A stretch of DNA of 64,000 bases, taken from NCBI GenBank assembly GCA_036867785.1, contig CP145409.1:372001-436000 (forward strand). The letters are read 5' to 3'. This stretch comes from Plasmodiophora brassicae (Eukaryota). Of this stretch, positions 48,690 to 60,641 are shown one piece after another. The stretch's first letter is position 1. Every line of letters begins with the position of its first letter. The notes under the pieces are model-generated. The model ran no database searches. It was not told where the DNA came from and was given only the letters and a program-made list of their open reading frames with translations. A program made the translations under genes and the position numbers.

Positions 48690-49817
48690 TCAGAAGCACT
48701 TGCGGTGGACGATTGACGGGCCGGCCTCATCGTACTCCTCCTTGGAGACCCACATCTGCTGGAACGTCGACAGGGACGACAGGATCGACCCACCGATCCA
48801 GACCGAGTACTTGCGCTCGGGCGGGGCCACGACCTTGACGCGCATCGACGACGGGGCCAGGGCGGCGACCTCCTTCTGCAGGCGCGTCGCCATGCCGTCG
48901 TACATGGTGCTGCCGCCGGACATGACGATGTTCTCGTACAGGTCCTTGCGGATGTCGACGTCGCACTTCATGATCGACTGGTACGCCAGCTGGTGGATGC
49001 CCTCGGACTCGTTGCCGATCATGGACGGCTGGAACAGGACCTCGGGGGCCCGGAATCGCTCGTTGCCGACCGTGATGACCTGGCCGTCGGGCAGCTCGTA
49101 GGCGCGCTCGACCTCGGACGACTGCTCCGAGTTGGACATCTCGGTGTCGAAGTCCTGGGCGACGTACGCCAGCTTCTCCTTGATGTCGCGGACGATTTCG
49201 CGCTCGGCCGTCGTCGTGAACGAGTACCCGCGCTCGGTCAGGATCTTCATCAGGTAGTCGGTGATGTCCCGGCCGGCGATGTCGAGACGCTGGATGGCGT
49301 GCGGCAGGGCGTACCCTTCGTAGATGGGGACCGTGTGGGAGACACCGTCGCCCGCGTCCAGGACGATACCCGTCGTACGGCCGGAGGCGTACAGCGACAG
49401 GACGGCCTGGATGGCGACGTACATGGCCGGCGTGTTGAACGTCTCGAACATGATCTGCGTCATCTTCTCCCGGTTGGCCTTCGGGTTCAGCGGCGCCTCC
49501 GTCAGCATGACCGGGTGCTCCTCGGGGGCGACACGCAGCTCGTTGTAGAACGTGTGGTGCCAGATCTTCTCCATGTCGTCCCAGTTGGTGACGATGCCGT
49601 GCTCGATCGGGTACTTGAGCGTCAGGATACCGCGCTTGGCCTGCGCCTCGTCACCGACGTACGCGTCCTTCTGGGTGGCGCCGACCATGATTCCGACGTG
49701 ACGCGGGCGACCGACGATCGACGGGAAGACGGCACGGGGGGCGTCGTCACCGGCGAATCCGGCCTTGACCATGCCGGAGCCGTTGTCAACAACGAGAGCC
49801 TGGACTTCGTCAGACAT
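48690..49817 (-). CDS. ACT1: Actin (375 aa, intronless)
   Basis: [33 protein letters not shown] ... IVHRKCF; strong GC3 codon bias. Confidence 0.99.
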   Translation of the reverse strand: MSDEVQALVVDNGSGMVKAGFAGDDAPRAVFPSIVGRPRHVGIMVGATQKDAYVGDEAQAKRGILTLKYPIEHGIVTNWDDMEKIWHHTFYNELRVAPEEHPVMLTEAPLNPKANREKMTQIMFETFNTPAMYVAIQAVLSLYASGRTTGIVLDAGDGVSHTVPIYEGYALPHAIQRLDIAGRDITDYLMKILTERGYSFTTTAEREIVRDIKEKLAYVAQDFDTEMSNSEQSSEVERAYELPDGQVITVGNERFRAPEVLFQPSMIGNESEGIHQLAYQSIMKCDVDIRKDLYENIVMSGGSTMYDGMATRLQKEVAALAPSSMRVKVVAPPERKYSVWIGGSILSSLSTFQQMWVSKEEYDEAGPSIVHRKCF

Positions 49818-50436
49818 GTTGATGGTCGGTGGTTGCGAGTACTCCTTGAGCGTCGATGGACAACTTGGCAGCGCGTTTGCAGAATGAGGACGGCAGCCGG
49901 GTCTCGCCCAGCCCGGTCCTGTCAGACGAACCTGCCCGCACCGACGAGAGCTAAATTCGTGCAGGCACATGTCGTGCCCGCACTGTGTACACGAAATTAG
50001 GGCCCACCCGTTCTTGAAATAGAATGGCCATCGGCGGCGTAGGTATTTGGGGCAAAGCAGCCGCTCGCTCATCAGCCATCAACGACCGGCGCTCAGGAGC
50101 GTAATAAGATGCATGCACTGGACTGCAGGCAGAACGCGTCCAGCGATACTGGCTGCGTCTTCGCTCGCGTGAGGGAAACGACGGTGTACACAGGAGTCGC
50201 GACGTATTTCGGAGACACGAACTTGATACCACAGTCTGGCCTGCTGGCAAGCGCGCTCTGGGTAAATATGTACGAACTGCTCCCAGCTCTACTTTGCCAA
50301 GGAGACCGGTCGTCCTATGATTGTAGGACCGGTATCGATCCAGCCGTGCCAAGCAGGGTAGAGACGCACACTCGCGGACTCCGTGAAGACCGTAGCCGCA
50401 GCGCCGCGTGCTGATCGCCTCGCCTATACTTCCGCG

Positions 50437-50837
50437 ATGCAGGTCCTGATTGATTTGGGGTCGGCCAGCCAGTCGATGTCGACTTTGGAAATGTGTGCGT
50501 CTGACCGTGGCGTCTAGGGGCGGCCTGGATGTTCTGTGCGGGAGCGTCAAGCAGCACGTGTACCGGAGCGATGATGGTGACTCGACGACGATGCACGCGA
50601 TTCTCGAGCACGTCAAGACAAATGTGATCCGGGAGCGGAGTGAACTCTTCATCCAACGCGATACTGTGTAGGGGTTTCCGTACGCGGCCCCCTGTCTGCT
50701 CGACTAATGTGTGTGTCAGACGACCGGGCATACTCGTCCTGATCAATGATGCCGACTGGGAGCTTGAGGACGGTATCGACAGCACTGTCCGAGATGGGGA
50801 CCGCGTCACGTTCATATCGACACTGCATGGAGGATAA
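50437..50837 (+). CDS. URM1: Ubiquitin-related modifier 1, 3 exons
   Basis: [14 protein letters not shown]...ERSELF...[17 protein letters not shown]...[10 protein letters not shown]. Confidence 0.93.
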
Positions 50838-50922
50838 ACGTCGAGTGCAAAACCAGCGTCTAAGTCTACAGGTAGATATTCGAGGTCAGCTGGTACTCGT
50901 CGGGCATGGTCACCGCTGCACC

Positions 50923-52016
50923 ATGCGGCTCAGCGCCAGTGGCAGGCAGGTCGTAGCGGCCCTAGGCTTCTGTATCGGCGTAGCGATTGGCCTTATTGCG
51001 TCATGGTTTCTGCTACCATCGTACGTTCAGTTCCTGCTGTACGTCGCCAGCATCGTCAACCCGCATAACCCGGTGCATGTCACACTGCTGCTCGTCAGCT
51101 TGATCGTGTCTGCGACGCCAGTCGGGTTCGGTAGTACATTTCTGATGGTGATCACGGCGATTCGGTTCCGATGGTGGGCCTTCCCCATTGTATACGTTTG
51201 TATGCTGTTTGCTTAGTCTCACGGTTGCCGTCTGCTGAGCAACGTGGTATACAGGTTACCTGATCGCGGGCGCCATCACGTTCCACACAGTGAAGGCAAT
51301 GGTGCGTCGTCAGTGGGTAACACTGGAATGGCTAAAGTCGCGCGTGCCCCGATATGCCAACCAGATTGCTGCCGTTGAAAACACGGTTGTGTCCAATGGC
51401 ATAGTGACGACCAGCCTACTCCAGCTGTCGGCATGCCCCTATGGCGTCTCGTGCGCCGTTCTTCCATTAACGGAAATCACGTACGAAACGTTGGGTGTAT
51501 GCTACCACCGATTAGTGTTTGCTGATAGCCGTCCTGTGTGCACAGGTTTCTTCGATTCTTGTTGGGGTGCGGTATCTCCAGACTGCATTTGTGTCTGTGG
51601 ATCTACATCGGCATCACGACGGCCGACATTGGCGCTTTGTTCTTGAGGATGCGCAGTGGTAGCTGTTTCCTGTCGGGGTCTCTGGAACAGGCCATGGTTG
51701 ACCACTGGTCTCAGGCGACATGTTTACGAATATGGAATTGCATACCATCATCTCGCTTGTCAGCTTCGTGATAACGTTCATCCTGATTCTGTTCCTGCAC
51801 ATTTTCAGCAAGCGGTATCTCGACCGGCTTGCCGAACGTCAACGCCCAGCAGAGCGGCACCTGCACGAGGACGCGCCGGCGCCCAGCAGCAATTTCGTCA
51901 TCTACCAGGTGGAGTACGGCCAGCGAGGCTCCATCGACACGCGTTTGCCGAGCGAACAGATAGCCTTACCTGCTGAGGTGATTCACGTATCACCGTCCTA
52001 TGAGGGTCCCCAATAG
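50923..52016 (+). CDS. SNARE-associated Golgi / VTT-domain membrane protein (TVP38/TMEM64-like), multi-exon
   Basis: Multi-TM exons; LLQLSACPYGVSCAVL and LWIYIGITTADI motifs. Confidence 0.65.
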
Positions 52017-52108
52017 CATAAAGACGGACGGTACGAATCGTCGTACAAGATTCACTAGTGCGTCCTCTGGTACCCTGGAGGGTGGTCGCGCGTCCGGATG
52101 ATACCGGC

Positions 52109-52471
52109 ATGGGATGCTGCTCGTCGACAGTGGACAGCCCCGTCAGTTTCGCCCTGGACCAGCTCATCGCGACGGCGCCGGTGGTCATCCTCGGGAAGCG
52201 CGACAGCGGCGCCTGCAACGAGGCCAGATCGATCCTCGCCGACGCGGGCGTGCCGTACACGTCGCATGACATGGACGGGCGCGCCGACGGCAGGGCCATC
52301 CTGAACACTGCCGCTCGGCGATCCCGTCGCGCCAACCGCGCCCCATTCATCTACGTCGACATGGTCTGCATCGGCGGCCTCGACGAGCTGCGCGCCATGC
52401 ACGGCAACGGCGACCTGAAGACCTTGAGCGAACGTCTGAAGGCCGGCGCCGCCGCCCCCGTCTCCAGATAA
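52109..52471 (+). CDS. Glutaredoxin-like protein with MGCC N-terminus and atypical SGAC active site
   Basis: PVVILGKRDSGACNEARSIL...APFIYVDMVCIGGLDELRAMHGNGDL matches the Grx fold pattern. Confidence 0.8.
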   Translation: MGCCSSTVDSPVSFALDQLIATAPVVILGKRDSGACNEARSILADAGVPYTSHDMDGRADGRAILNTAARRSRRANRAPFIYVDMVCIGGLDELRAMHGNGDLKTLSERLKAGAAAPVSR

Positions 52472-52674
52472 TAATAGTACTTCTGCACCGTGTCGTGTAG
52501 CTCTGCAACTTGCGGGACGGCTCAGGGCGGGGATCCCCGTCCGTCGTGAGGGCAGTGCGCCAGTGGTCCCGAAATAAACACGGCGCGCTGGAAATAGCCC
52601 TCGTCATCAGGGGCGACGACGGTCAGAGCAGGCCCGAGGGCAGCGCAGGACGCCGTCGCTGTCGGCTGCGGGCC

Positions 52675-55014
52675 ATGGAGGGGCCAGACGTCGACGCGAG
52701 CGCCCTGCGGCTGCCCGCGGACGAAAGAGGCGGCGACGTCAGGCGGTTTGTCGTGCAGGACCGCGTCGACCTGCATCGGGCGTACGCCGGCGCCGGCCCG
52801 CGCGACGTCCTGCGGCTGTTCGCCGACCAGATCGCGATGCTGTGCCAGTCGCAGGCGAAGACGCGCGCCGAGATGATCCAGATCGCCGTGGACAGCGTCC
52901 GGGATTTCGCGTTCGACGACCTTCGCGCCATCCTGCGCGATGCCGTCGGCCGGCAGGTGGCGTCCGATTTCAGCCGGTGCCGGGCCGCGATGCACAATCG
53001 GCACGTCGCTGCGGACCTGCTCGGCCACCTGACCGTCGCGACGAACGACGCGTTGATCAGCGCCCTGGGTTCCTGGATGTCCGCCCGCCAGGACCCTGGC
53101 ATTATCGAGCACGCCCGGCGGATGCTGCATTCGAATGTGGAGAAACTGGCCGGAAGGCAACGGCGTCTGGCGCTGAAGGCGACCGAGTCCTGTAGCCTGG
53201 GCGCGCCTCCGGTCGACACTCTCGGCCTCCCTGACGCGGTCTGGCAGCGCGTGCTCGCCTTTGCCGGGTACCGGGCCGTTCTGGGATCGCTGCGACGCGT
53301 CAACCGGCACCTGTTCCGGGTCGTCCACGACGACGGTGGATGGTGGCTCGCCGTACAGGATTTCGCTGTGCACTGGTTCTGGATCCCCGTCTTCGAGGAG
53401 GACCTTCCGGCGTTGTTCTCGCGGCTGCGATCCCTGCGATCCGCTGCCGGGTTCCCTGACCCGGGGCTGTTGACCGGCCAGATCGTGTCGCTGCTGTCGC
53501 AGCACTGCCCACGGCTGGAGCGTATCGAGTTCGACATGTGGACGTGTCTGACCGACGACCACGTGGAGCAGCTGGCGAGATGCTGCCCCAATCTTCGGTA
53601 CGCGTCGCTGGACGGGTGCCGACAATTGACGGACCGGGCGCTCGTCGGCCTCGCTCGGTCGTGCCCCGGGCTGTCGTCTCTATCGCTACGATGGTGCCCG
53701 CGGATATCGTCCTCGTCGATCGTCAGCCTGACCGTAATGCAGAACTTGCGACACCTGGGCCTGTCGAATTCGGCCGGCGTCGAAGCCGATGCCCTTGGAG
53801 AATCCGCGTTCGTCAATGTGCTTCGCAGCTGCTCCAGGCTGGAATCGCTGGACTTTGCCGGGCGGACGCGACTAGATGACCGAAGTCTGAGAGGGCTGGC
53901 CTTCAGCAATATCGAACGTCTTGTGCTCGCGGACTGCCCGTCGATCACGGAGCAAGGTCTGGAAACGATCGCCAGGTCATGTCCCAGGTTGCTTACACTT
54001 GACGTTTCGCGATGCGCGATCAAGTCGTTCCCCGATGACACCAGCGTCCTCACGAAGCTGGTGACTCTGAGCATGTCCGGGTGCCCTAAGATCGGCGACG
54101 CGGCGGTCCACAGCATCAGCAGATATCAAGCATTGACGAATGTCGACCTTAGCGGGTGTGCCCTCGTTACGGACGATGGCATCGCTGCTCTTGCTCGTGG
54201 ATGTCGTCGTGTTCGCTGTCTGTCCGTCAACGGATGCACCCTGCTAACCGACAAGGCTCTGCAGGCGATTGCCAGTGGCATGCCTTTGCTGGAGGATATC
54301 TCGTTCGCGAATCTTCGCCTTGTTGGCAACGATGGCGTGCACGCGCTATCTACGAATCTCTCGTACTTGATCAGCCTGAACGCTTCAGGCTGCTCTCGTG
54401 TTACCGATGTTGGCCTCCATTCCCTGTCGTCTTCCGAGAGCGCCTCCCGCGTTCGCCACCTTAACCTGCACATGCTTCGAAGCATCACGAAGCTCTCCAT
54501 GGAGTCTCTCAATTCGTTGTCGTGTCTAGAGTCGTTGAACATTGGCGGGTGCTGTGCCATCTCGTACGAGGGGTTCATGGTGCTCTGCGCTTCTCGGTTT
54601 CGGTCCAGGCTCAGGGAGCTCAACATCTCCAAGTGCCCCGCCGTCGATGACGATACTGTCAAACTGGTCGCCATGTGCTTGACGTCTCTTGTTGAGCTCG
54701 ATCTATCGATGTGCTCTCGCGTCACCGATCGCTCCTTGAAATCGATCGCGGCCGAGTCGTCGAGCATTCGTCGTTTGCTGCTTATGCGGTGCCGGGGCAT
54801 ATCCAGTGCGGGTCTGAATGCCATTGCCAGGTCTGAGATGCAGCTGCGCTTCCTGGATGTCTCTGGTTGCCCGGGGGTATCCCTCAACGCCATCCAGCGC
54901 ATGCAGTCAAGCTGCCCTGCGCTGAGGATCGTCTGCTCGACCAGTGACGCCTGTCCGGATGTGTCACCGTCGCGAATCTACAGAATCGCACTTGAGAGAG
55001 CTTCGACCAGATGA
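52675..55014 (+). CDS. F-box/LRR protein (FBXL-like, cysteine-containing LRRs)
   Basis: F-box LPDAVWQRVLAF...LRRVNRHL followed by many LxxLxLxGCxxITDxG repeats; intronless. Confidence 0.9.
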   Translation: MEGPDVDASALRLPADERGGDVRRFVVQDRVDLHRAYAGAGPRDVLRLFADQIAMLCQSQAKTRAEMIQIAVDSVRDFAFDDLRAILRDAVGRQVASDFSRCRAAMHNRHVAADLLGHLTVATNDALISALGSWMSARQDPGIIEHARRMLHSNVEKLAGRQRRLALKATESCSLGAPPVDTLGLPDAVWQRVLAFAGYRAVLGSLRRVNRHLFRVVHDDGGWWLAVQDFAVHWFWIPVFEEDLPALFSRLRSLRSAAGFPDPGLLTGQIVSLLSQHCPRLERIEFDMWTCLTDDHVEQLARCCPNLRYASLDGCRQLTDRALVGLARSCPGLSSLSLRWCPRISSSSIVSLTVMQNLRHLGLSNSAGVEADALGESAFVNVLRSCSRLESLDFAGRTRLDDRSLRGLAFSNIERLVLADCPSITEQGLETIARSCPRLLTLDVSRCAIKSFPDDTSVLTKLVTLSMSGCPKIGDAAVHSISRYQALTNVDLSGCALVTDDGIAALARGCRRVRCLSVNGCTLLTDKALQAIASGMPLLEDISFANLRLVGNDGVHALSTNLSYLISLNASGCSRVTDVGLHSLSSSESASRVRHLNLHMLRSITKLSMESLNSLSCLESLNIGGCCAISYEGFMVLCASRFRSRLRELNISKCPAVDDDTVKLVAMCLTSLVELDLSMCSRVTDRSLKSIAAESSSIRRLLLMRCRGISSAGLNAIARSEMQLRFLDVSGCPGVSLNAIQRMQSSCPALRIVCSTSDACPDVSPSRIYRIALERASTR

Positions 55015-55059
55015 CATATTAACATGGACAAGTATTTATATTGCGATTTCAACGCTGTA

Positions 55060-58000
55060 TTATCGTATTACGGTGCGGCTTTCGTTAGTCATTAGCTGGG
55101 CGACTTGTTCGCACAGGTCCTTGAGGCATTGCTGAACGTTGGCGGGATCTTCATCGCTGGACAGCGGGGCTTGAGTTACTACTTGCTCCTCAAAAGTCAA
55201 TGAGCGTTTCGGCTCAAGTGGACCGGGACTGTCAGAGGAAATGGTGATGCGGGGCGTTGCGAGGAGGCGACTCGGGACAGGGGTCGCATCATCATCCTAC
55301 AATTACGTTCACATTAGCATTCAGTCTGTGGATAAACTCATGACGACGTACCGATGCCTCTGAAGGATCAGCGGAGGTCGTCACGTGCAGACGATGCTCT
55401 TTTGAGGAGCTGTCTGAATCAATACCCAATGCTCCTGACATGGGTCAAGTAAGGATCCAGCTGGCACCCCATTGCAGATGTTGGACGCACTGTTGCGATC
55501 TGTGGGGTCCACGCCGTCGCCCTTCTCATTATTGTCGTCGTCCAAAGCCGACCGTTCCAGGTTCCTTAGAACAGCGTCAGGACAAGGGTACGCTGCCTTC
55601 TTACGGGCCGCCGCAACCCAGAGTGTCATGTCGAGCCTTGCATCCACTGCCGACACATCGTTTAGCAGGGACAACCCTGGCAGACTTCGGCGAACCAACC
55701 TTTTCTTGCAGATGTCTCCAAGACATGTAGCGTTTCCCAGGCCCTCAGGACTAGCTCTTGACCAAGCTCATTCATGCGACGGGCGCAGCAGGCCACGGCT
55801 TCGACGCGATTCATCTCGATCTCTTGAATGAAGTTGTACAATGATCCCAGGGTGTCCTGGTACGCCACTTCCGAGCTGCATTTCTCGACCGAGAGCTGCT
55901 CGGTCGCAGACTGAAGCTTTTTCAGGTCGGCTTCGAGCTCAGCGACACGTTGCCGATGCTTGGCGACGGGTTTCTTCATGAACGACATTATCGACGACGA
56001 GGTGGTCGGAGACGAATCCTCGGCTTCAGCTCGAGCAAGCTTCTCACGAGCTGACTTCAACGCAGCTTCAATCCGGGTAACTTCTTCAGATGATCGCTGG
56101 AACTGGGCAGCGCAATCTGTTTTCAGTTTCCTACCATTCTGACGCCGGCAATCAGGGCCACGTGTTTGAAATTTTGACACCCAACGTACATGTTCCTTCG
56201 TAATAGCCATAGCGAGTCGGGACTGAAGCGTCTCCCTCATTCTGCGTAGGTCTGCTAGTTGCTTGCGCCTCTCAGCGGCAGACGTTTCCAGAATGTTCAC
56301 CCAATCTTCCGCAACGAACTGGTGAAATGCTTTCAGAGCAGCATTCACGGTTTCGAGGCCCTACGGGATGTGTCAGCGTGACGGCATTCGGATTGCAACC
56401 GCTGTCACCAACGTCCTGGAGATTTAATGACCACGACTGTTTCCGAATACGAGACACCAGAGCATCGTCAAGACCGATAACTTGTTCGAGCTGACCGGCA
56501 ATGGTGGCAACAAGGTCCAGACCAGAGCTTATTTGTTGACAAACCTGCACACCGATGACTATACGTTATTTGGAAAACAGAGAGGTTGCCTGACCTCGGG
56601 GAATTGGTCGGCATTGCATGAGGAAATGAGGTCAGGCTGTTTACGTTCGACTGGAGAAGATATATGACCGTGCAGACGGTGCACTAATTCGTAGATGACA
56701 CTGCCCTTGCTGACCGCGTCGATGATCGGCACCATCTCGTCCATTCCTGAACGTGCGTCAACAGAAAGGAATTTGCAGGACAACCATTATGGAGACCTGC
56801 TCTGTATTTGGCGTAATAGTCGTACAAGGCACCATGGAAATCCAACAAGGCCGAACGAAGCGTCAGGATTCGGTTGTGCTCAACCTGCCATCACTTAGCC
56901 ATATCACGCCACATGACAACGAACATGCGGCATTACTTTCTGGAACTGATCAAGTAGGTACGCGATACCACAATGGTGCTGGACCTGCGACGTTTGCCAT
57001 TGCCTTGACATCATGTCGATTTCGCGTTGGGACTTGGGCGTCACGTTGCTCGGTTGCGGTTTCAAGCGATTCAGGTCACTAACAGACGGCGCCGACAAGG
57101 AGCGAGAGTACGCGTCTTGCGCCGACGAAACGTCAAGCTCAAGCTTTTGTCTGCGCTTTTCGATCATCGCGAACGATCCCTTGCATTCTCGTTTCAACAC
57201 GCGTGCATCCACAGCCTGAATCACGTGTTTAGGCGGGAAACTGTGAAATGCCGAACGGCTGCGGTATGGCCAACCGTTTTCTTGATTCGTTTCATGGTCT
57301 TCTGAGCGGCGCGATCAAGCTGCGAAAGCTGGTGCTCGAGTGCATCTAACAATGCAGCTTCTGCTTTGGTCCCCGCTAACGATGACGTCGCAGTAGACAA
57401 AGGCTTATGAGGTGACAACGAAAGAGATGACAACAACCCTCCACCGCGGTTTGTGGCCGTCGGTAAACTATCGAATAGGGCCGACGCGCTAGCCAGAGCT
57501 GCCTCGACCTGTTTGACAATTGCTTTGGCCTTCACAGCATGGTCGAACAGGAGATCGAATTGCCCCCACATCAACATGGAGTAGCGGAACGGCTGGGTTG
57601 AATCAGGCACGGGTGGATCCTGCAGAGCCGTCAACAGCTGTGATACCAATGGCGGCGAAAATTGGTACCTGGGTACATTCGGCGTCAGAACGGGAGCGCG
57701 GACCTGTTGGCGACTCGGAAGAAAGCGGAGCTGAAGCAATCTGTGCTTCGGAAAAGTTGTCCAGCAATGGGATGAATTTGGCCACCAAGCTGTTGACCCT
57801 CTGAACAGGGGGAGGGGATGCCTTGGTAATGGACTCGAGGTCGGCCAAAGCTGCTTCCTCAGCTTTTAATTGTTGACGGCGGCTGTTGGCATGCGAGCTG
57901 ATTGCTGATCGAAACGTACCCACACGCTCGTCATTGAGGCGCTGCAGTTCAGAAATGATCTCAGGGATGCGTTTGTTGTACAGATCCAGCAAAGTTCTAA

Positions 58001-60304
58001 ACGTTGCTTCCGCTTCAGCGCGCTCAATCTCCAACGCTTGTACTTCCGATCGTGCAGCGACAAGTTTTCCCATCTGCATCTGATCGGTTAGACAGTATGG
58101 AGGTGTCGTCATGAAAAATAGACTACACCTCTCTGGTCGAAGACCATCTGGCTGTAGAAGGAGGCGAAGCAGTCTCGATCGATTTTAACCTTTTACGAGC
58201 GGCAGCCAGCGCTGATTTGCAACTTTCTAATTGCGCTTTGTTCGCCGTTGCATCGGCATCGAGTTGTCGAGCTTCATCGAACAGTATCTTCAGGTCTCTG
58301 TCGATGAAGGCCAACTTCGATGATAGGTCACGCTCCAGGTTCGTTTCCATATCCGTTAATGCAACACTCCTCGCGGTCAGGGTTAGATTGGCATAGGAAT
58401 GAAGTGCTTCGAACAACGCAGTTATCGAACAAGCGGCAAGTGTGGGCCACTGCAGCCGAGATAGCACTTGAAGAGCGTATCGCTCTGCGCCCGTCCAGGC
58501 TATTGTCGTTTGAATGACCGAGTTAAATGCGATGTCGTGGCGGGTCGAAGCAATCTTCATGGAATGGAACTGACGGGAGTACACCTGAGGACAATATTAG
58601 ACGACCTGATTAAACTCGTTACGCTCATGACCTTCTGATCCATGAAGAACTTGAGCGACGCGTGGGACATCCCGGACGCCAACGTTTGCGACTCGGTGGT
58701 ACTGTCAACGAGAACGTCGACGGCTCGAGCGGAGGGGATACGCTCAGGTTCAACCTGCTGTAGGCCATTCCAGTACGTGAATGGTCCAGATACGCCAGGA
58801 ACGGTAACAGGTGCCATGCAAACGTGTCGGGTTTTGTGCGCTTGGGAAGTGTCAGACAAGAACGCAGCAGGTCGTCCCTGCTCGCGTAATATGTAATCGT
58901 CGAACAAGAGAGTGTCAATCTGTGCACGTGTCAGAACGATGTGTAATGGGGAACAAATCTGAGCCTACATCATCGGAGAACCGGACGCGATCGTCGATGA
59001 ACGATGCAAACATCTGGGTGTCGATCAGACTCGATAGCGACTCACATCTAGGAAAGCGTTAACATGGAACGAGCGCAACGGGTATGTGCATACCCATCTG
59101 GTGATGCTTCGAGGAACTGGCGCTTGTCGAACGCATCGTCGGCATTCTCAAAGTCAACATATTTTCGGTAATGGCCAAGAACGACAGCAAAGAAACGCTG
59201 GAAGGCATCTGCGATGGCAACCCTGTCGATCTTTCCGTCTGTGGTCGCCTGACGCAACCTCTTCGACAACGCTCGGGAGGGCCTGTCGGGCAACAGCGGG
59301 ACAGGCGACGTCGTCAGTAACCCTTTTCCAGCATCGTCAACGTATACGACTATTTAAATAGAACCATGAGCAGAGCGCCTGCTACAATGGAATATCGAGC
59401 CAACCTGTGCCTTGGTCAAGGTCGACTAGGCAGATGCCACCCAGAAGGGCAAGTTCTGGCAGATACGACCGCAAAACGCCCATGAGAAACGGCATGGGGG
59501 TGCACACATACTCAATCAGAATGCGAGGCAGGAGAGGTATGTAGATATGTCGCCAGAACATAGGATTCAGCAAGTTGTTAATGGATTCAATCACAGGCGT
59601 CAAGGACGACTCCTTCGTGGAGACAAATAGGATCCGCCGTTCGGAAAGCGTAGCGCTGAATACACTAAGAATTGCGTCTACTGATAATAAGTGGAACAGC
59701 GTTTCCACGTCGAAGTCGTCCAGAGGGCCGCCATTTGGAGCAGGGCGTCGGAATACCAGTTCGCGATTCGTCCCGATCAGTGGAACGACAACCTGTACAT
59801 TGTTCAGCCCGATGCTCCCCATGATGCGGTACGAAATATTAAACATACTTCTGTACGACCTCGAGGCGGAAGCGGGACTTCAAAGATTAAGTTCACTAGC
59901 AGTGACTCGATAGGATAGGGCGTTGACGTTCGCGATGTGAGGATATAATGAGCATGGCGGAGAAAGACTGCCATCTGGTTGAAGAATGCCCAATGCGATG
60001 TCAATATGAAGCATTCGCCGGTAGAGTTGTCGCGAAGTGCCGACACGTATACACGTTTGCCGTCAACTTCGGTCAGCACGAACGTGAACTCGACGACATC
60101 GGCGACAGAATCCGAGTTGCCGTCTTCCTTCTCCACCCCGGGAGCATCATCAGGAAAACAGAACATGCTGACATCCTTTGGAAATTCGCAATCGCTGTGA
60201 TCGACGGTAGGAAATCGGACCGCGACAAATACGTCATGTTTAAGGTCTCGTTTCGCGACTGCAAAGTAGTCGACAACTCTCTGTGGTAGGCGCGCCACAG
60301 ACAT
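55060..60304 (-). CDS. DENN-domain (Rab GEF) protein with long C-terminal helical region, possibly F-BAR-like modules; multi-exon
   Basis: uDENN VVDYFAV...RFP..D...MFCFP..FTFVLT..DG.R.Y; cDENN LSERRILFVS...W.HIYIPLLP...PMPFLMG; dDENN FQRFF..VLGHYRKY. Coiled-coil exons continue to TAA at 55060-55062; that all exons form one gene is inferred. Confidence 0.75.
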
Positions 60305-60641
60305 GCCAGTACCGCCGAATGGTCAAGCCATACCAGCCTGGTCGGTCGACGCTCGGGAGAGGACGGATAGGACGCCCGTTAGGAACGCTGCTGCTGGGAG
60401 CGTTCGTGGTGCAGCGTCGTCTGGCGCCAGTGACGTGCAGCTTGCATCGATACGACAACGACCACCTGGCACCTGAAATCTGCACCCAACTACCAGTCAA
60501 CGCGGCTCTCGAATTGGCTCTGGAAAAACTGGCAACAGAGCACAGGCCACAGCCATGTTCATGACAAAAACATCATACTGTACATCAAGCTGGCCCGCAG
60601 CCGTCGACTGCGTTGTCGCCCCGTTTTTCACGGTTCAGTCG

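Noticed and set aside
49818-50072. 85-aa N-terminal extension of actin in the ORF track
   Set aside because: Canonical actin begins at ATG 49817; the upstream part is likely UTR or intron.
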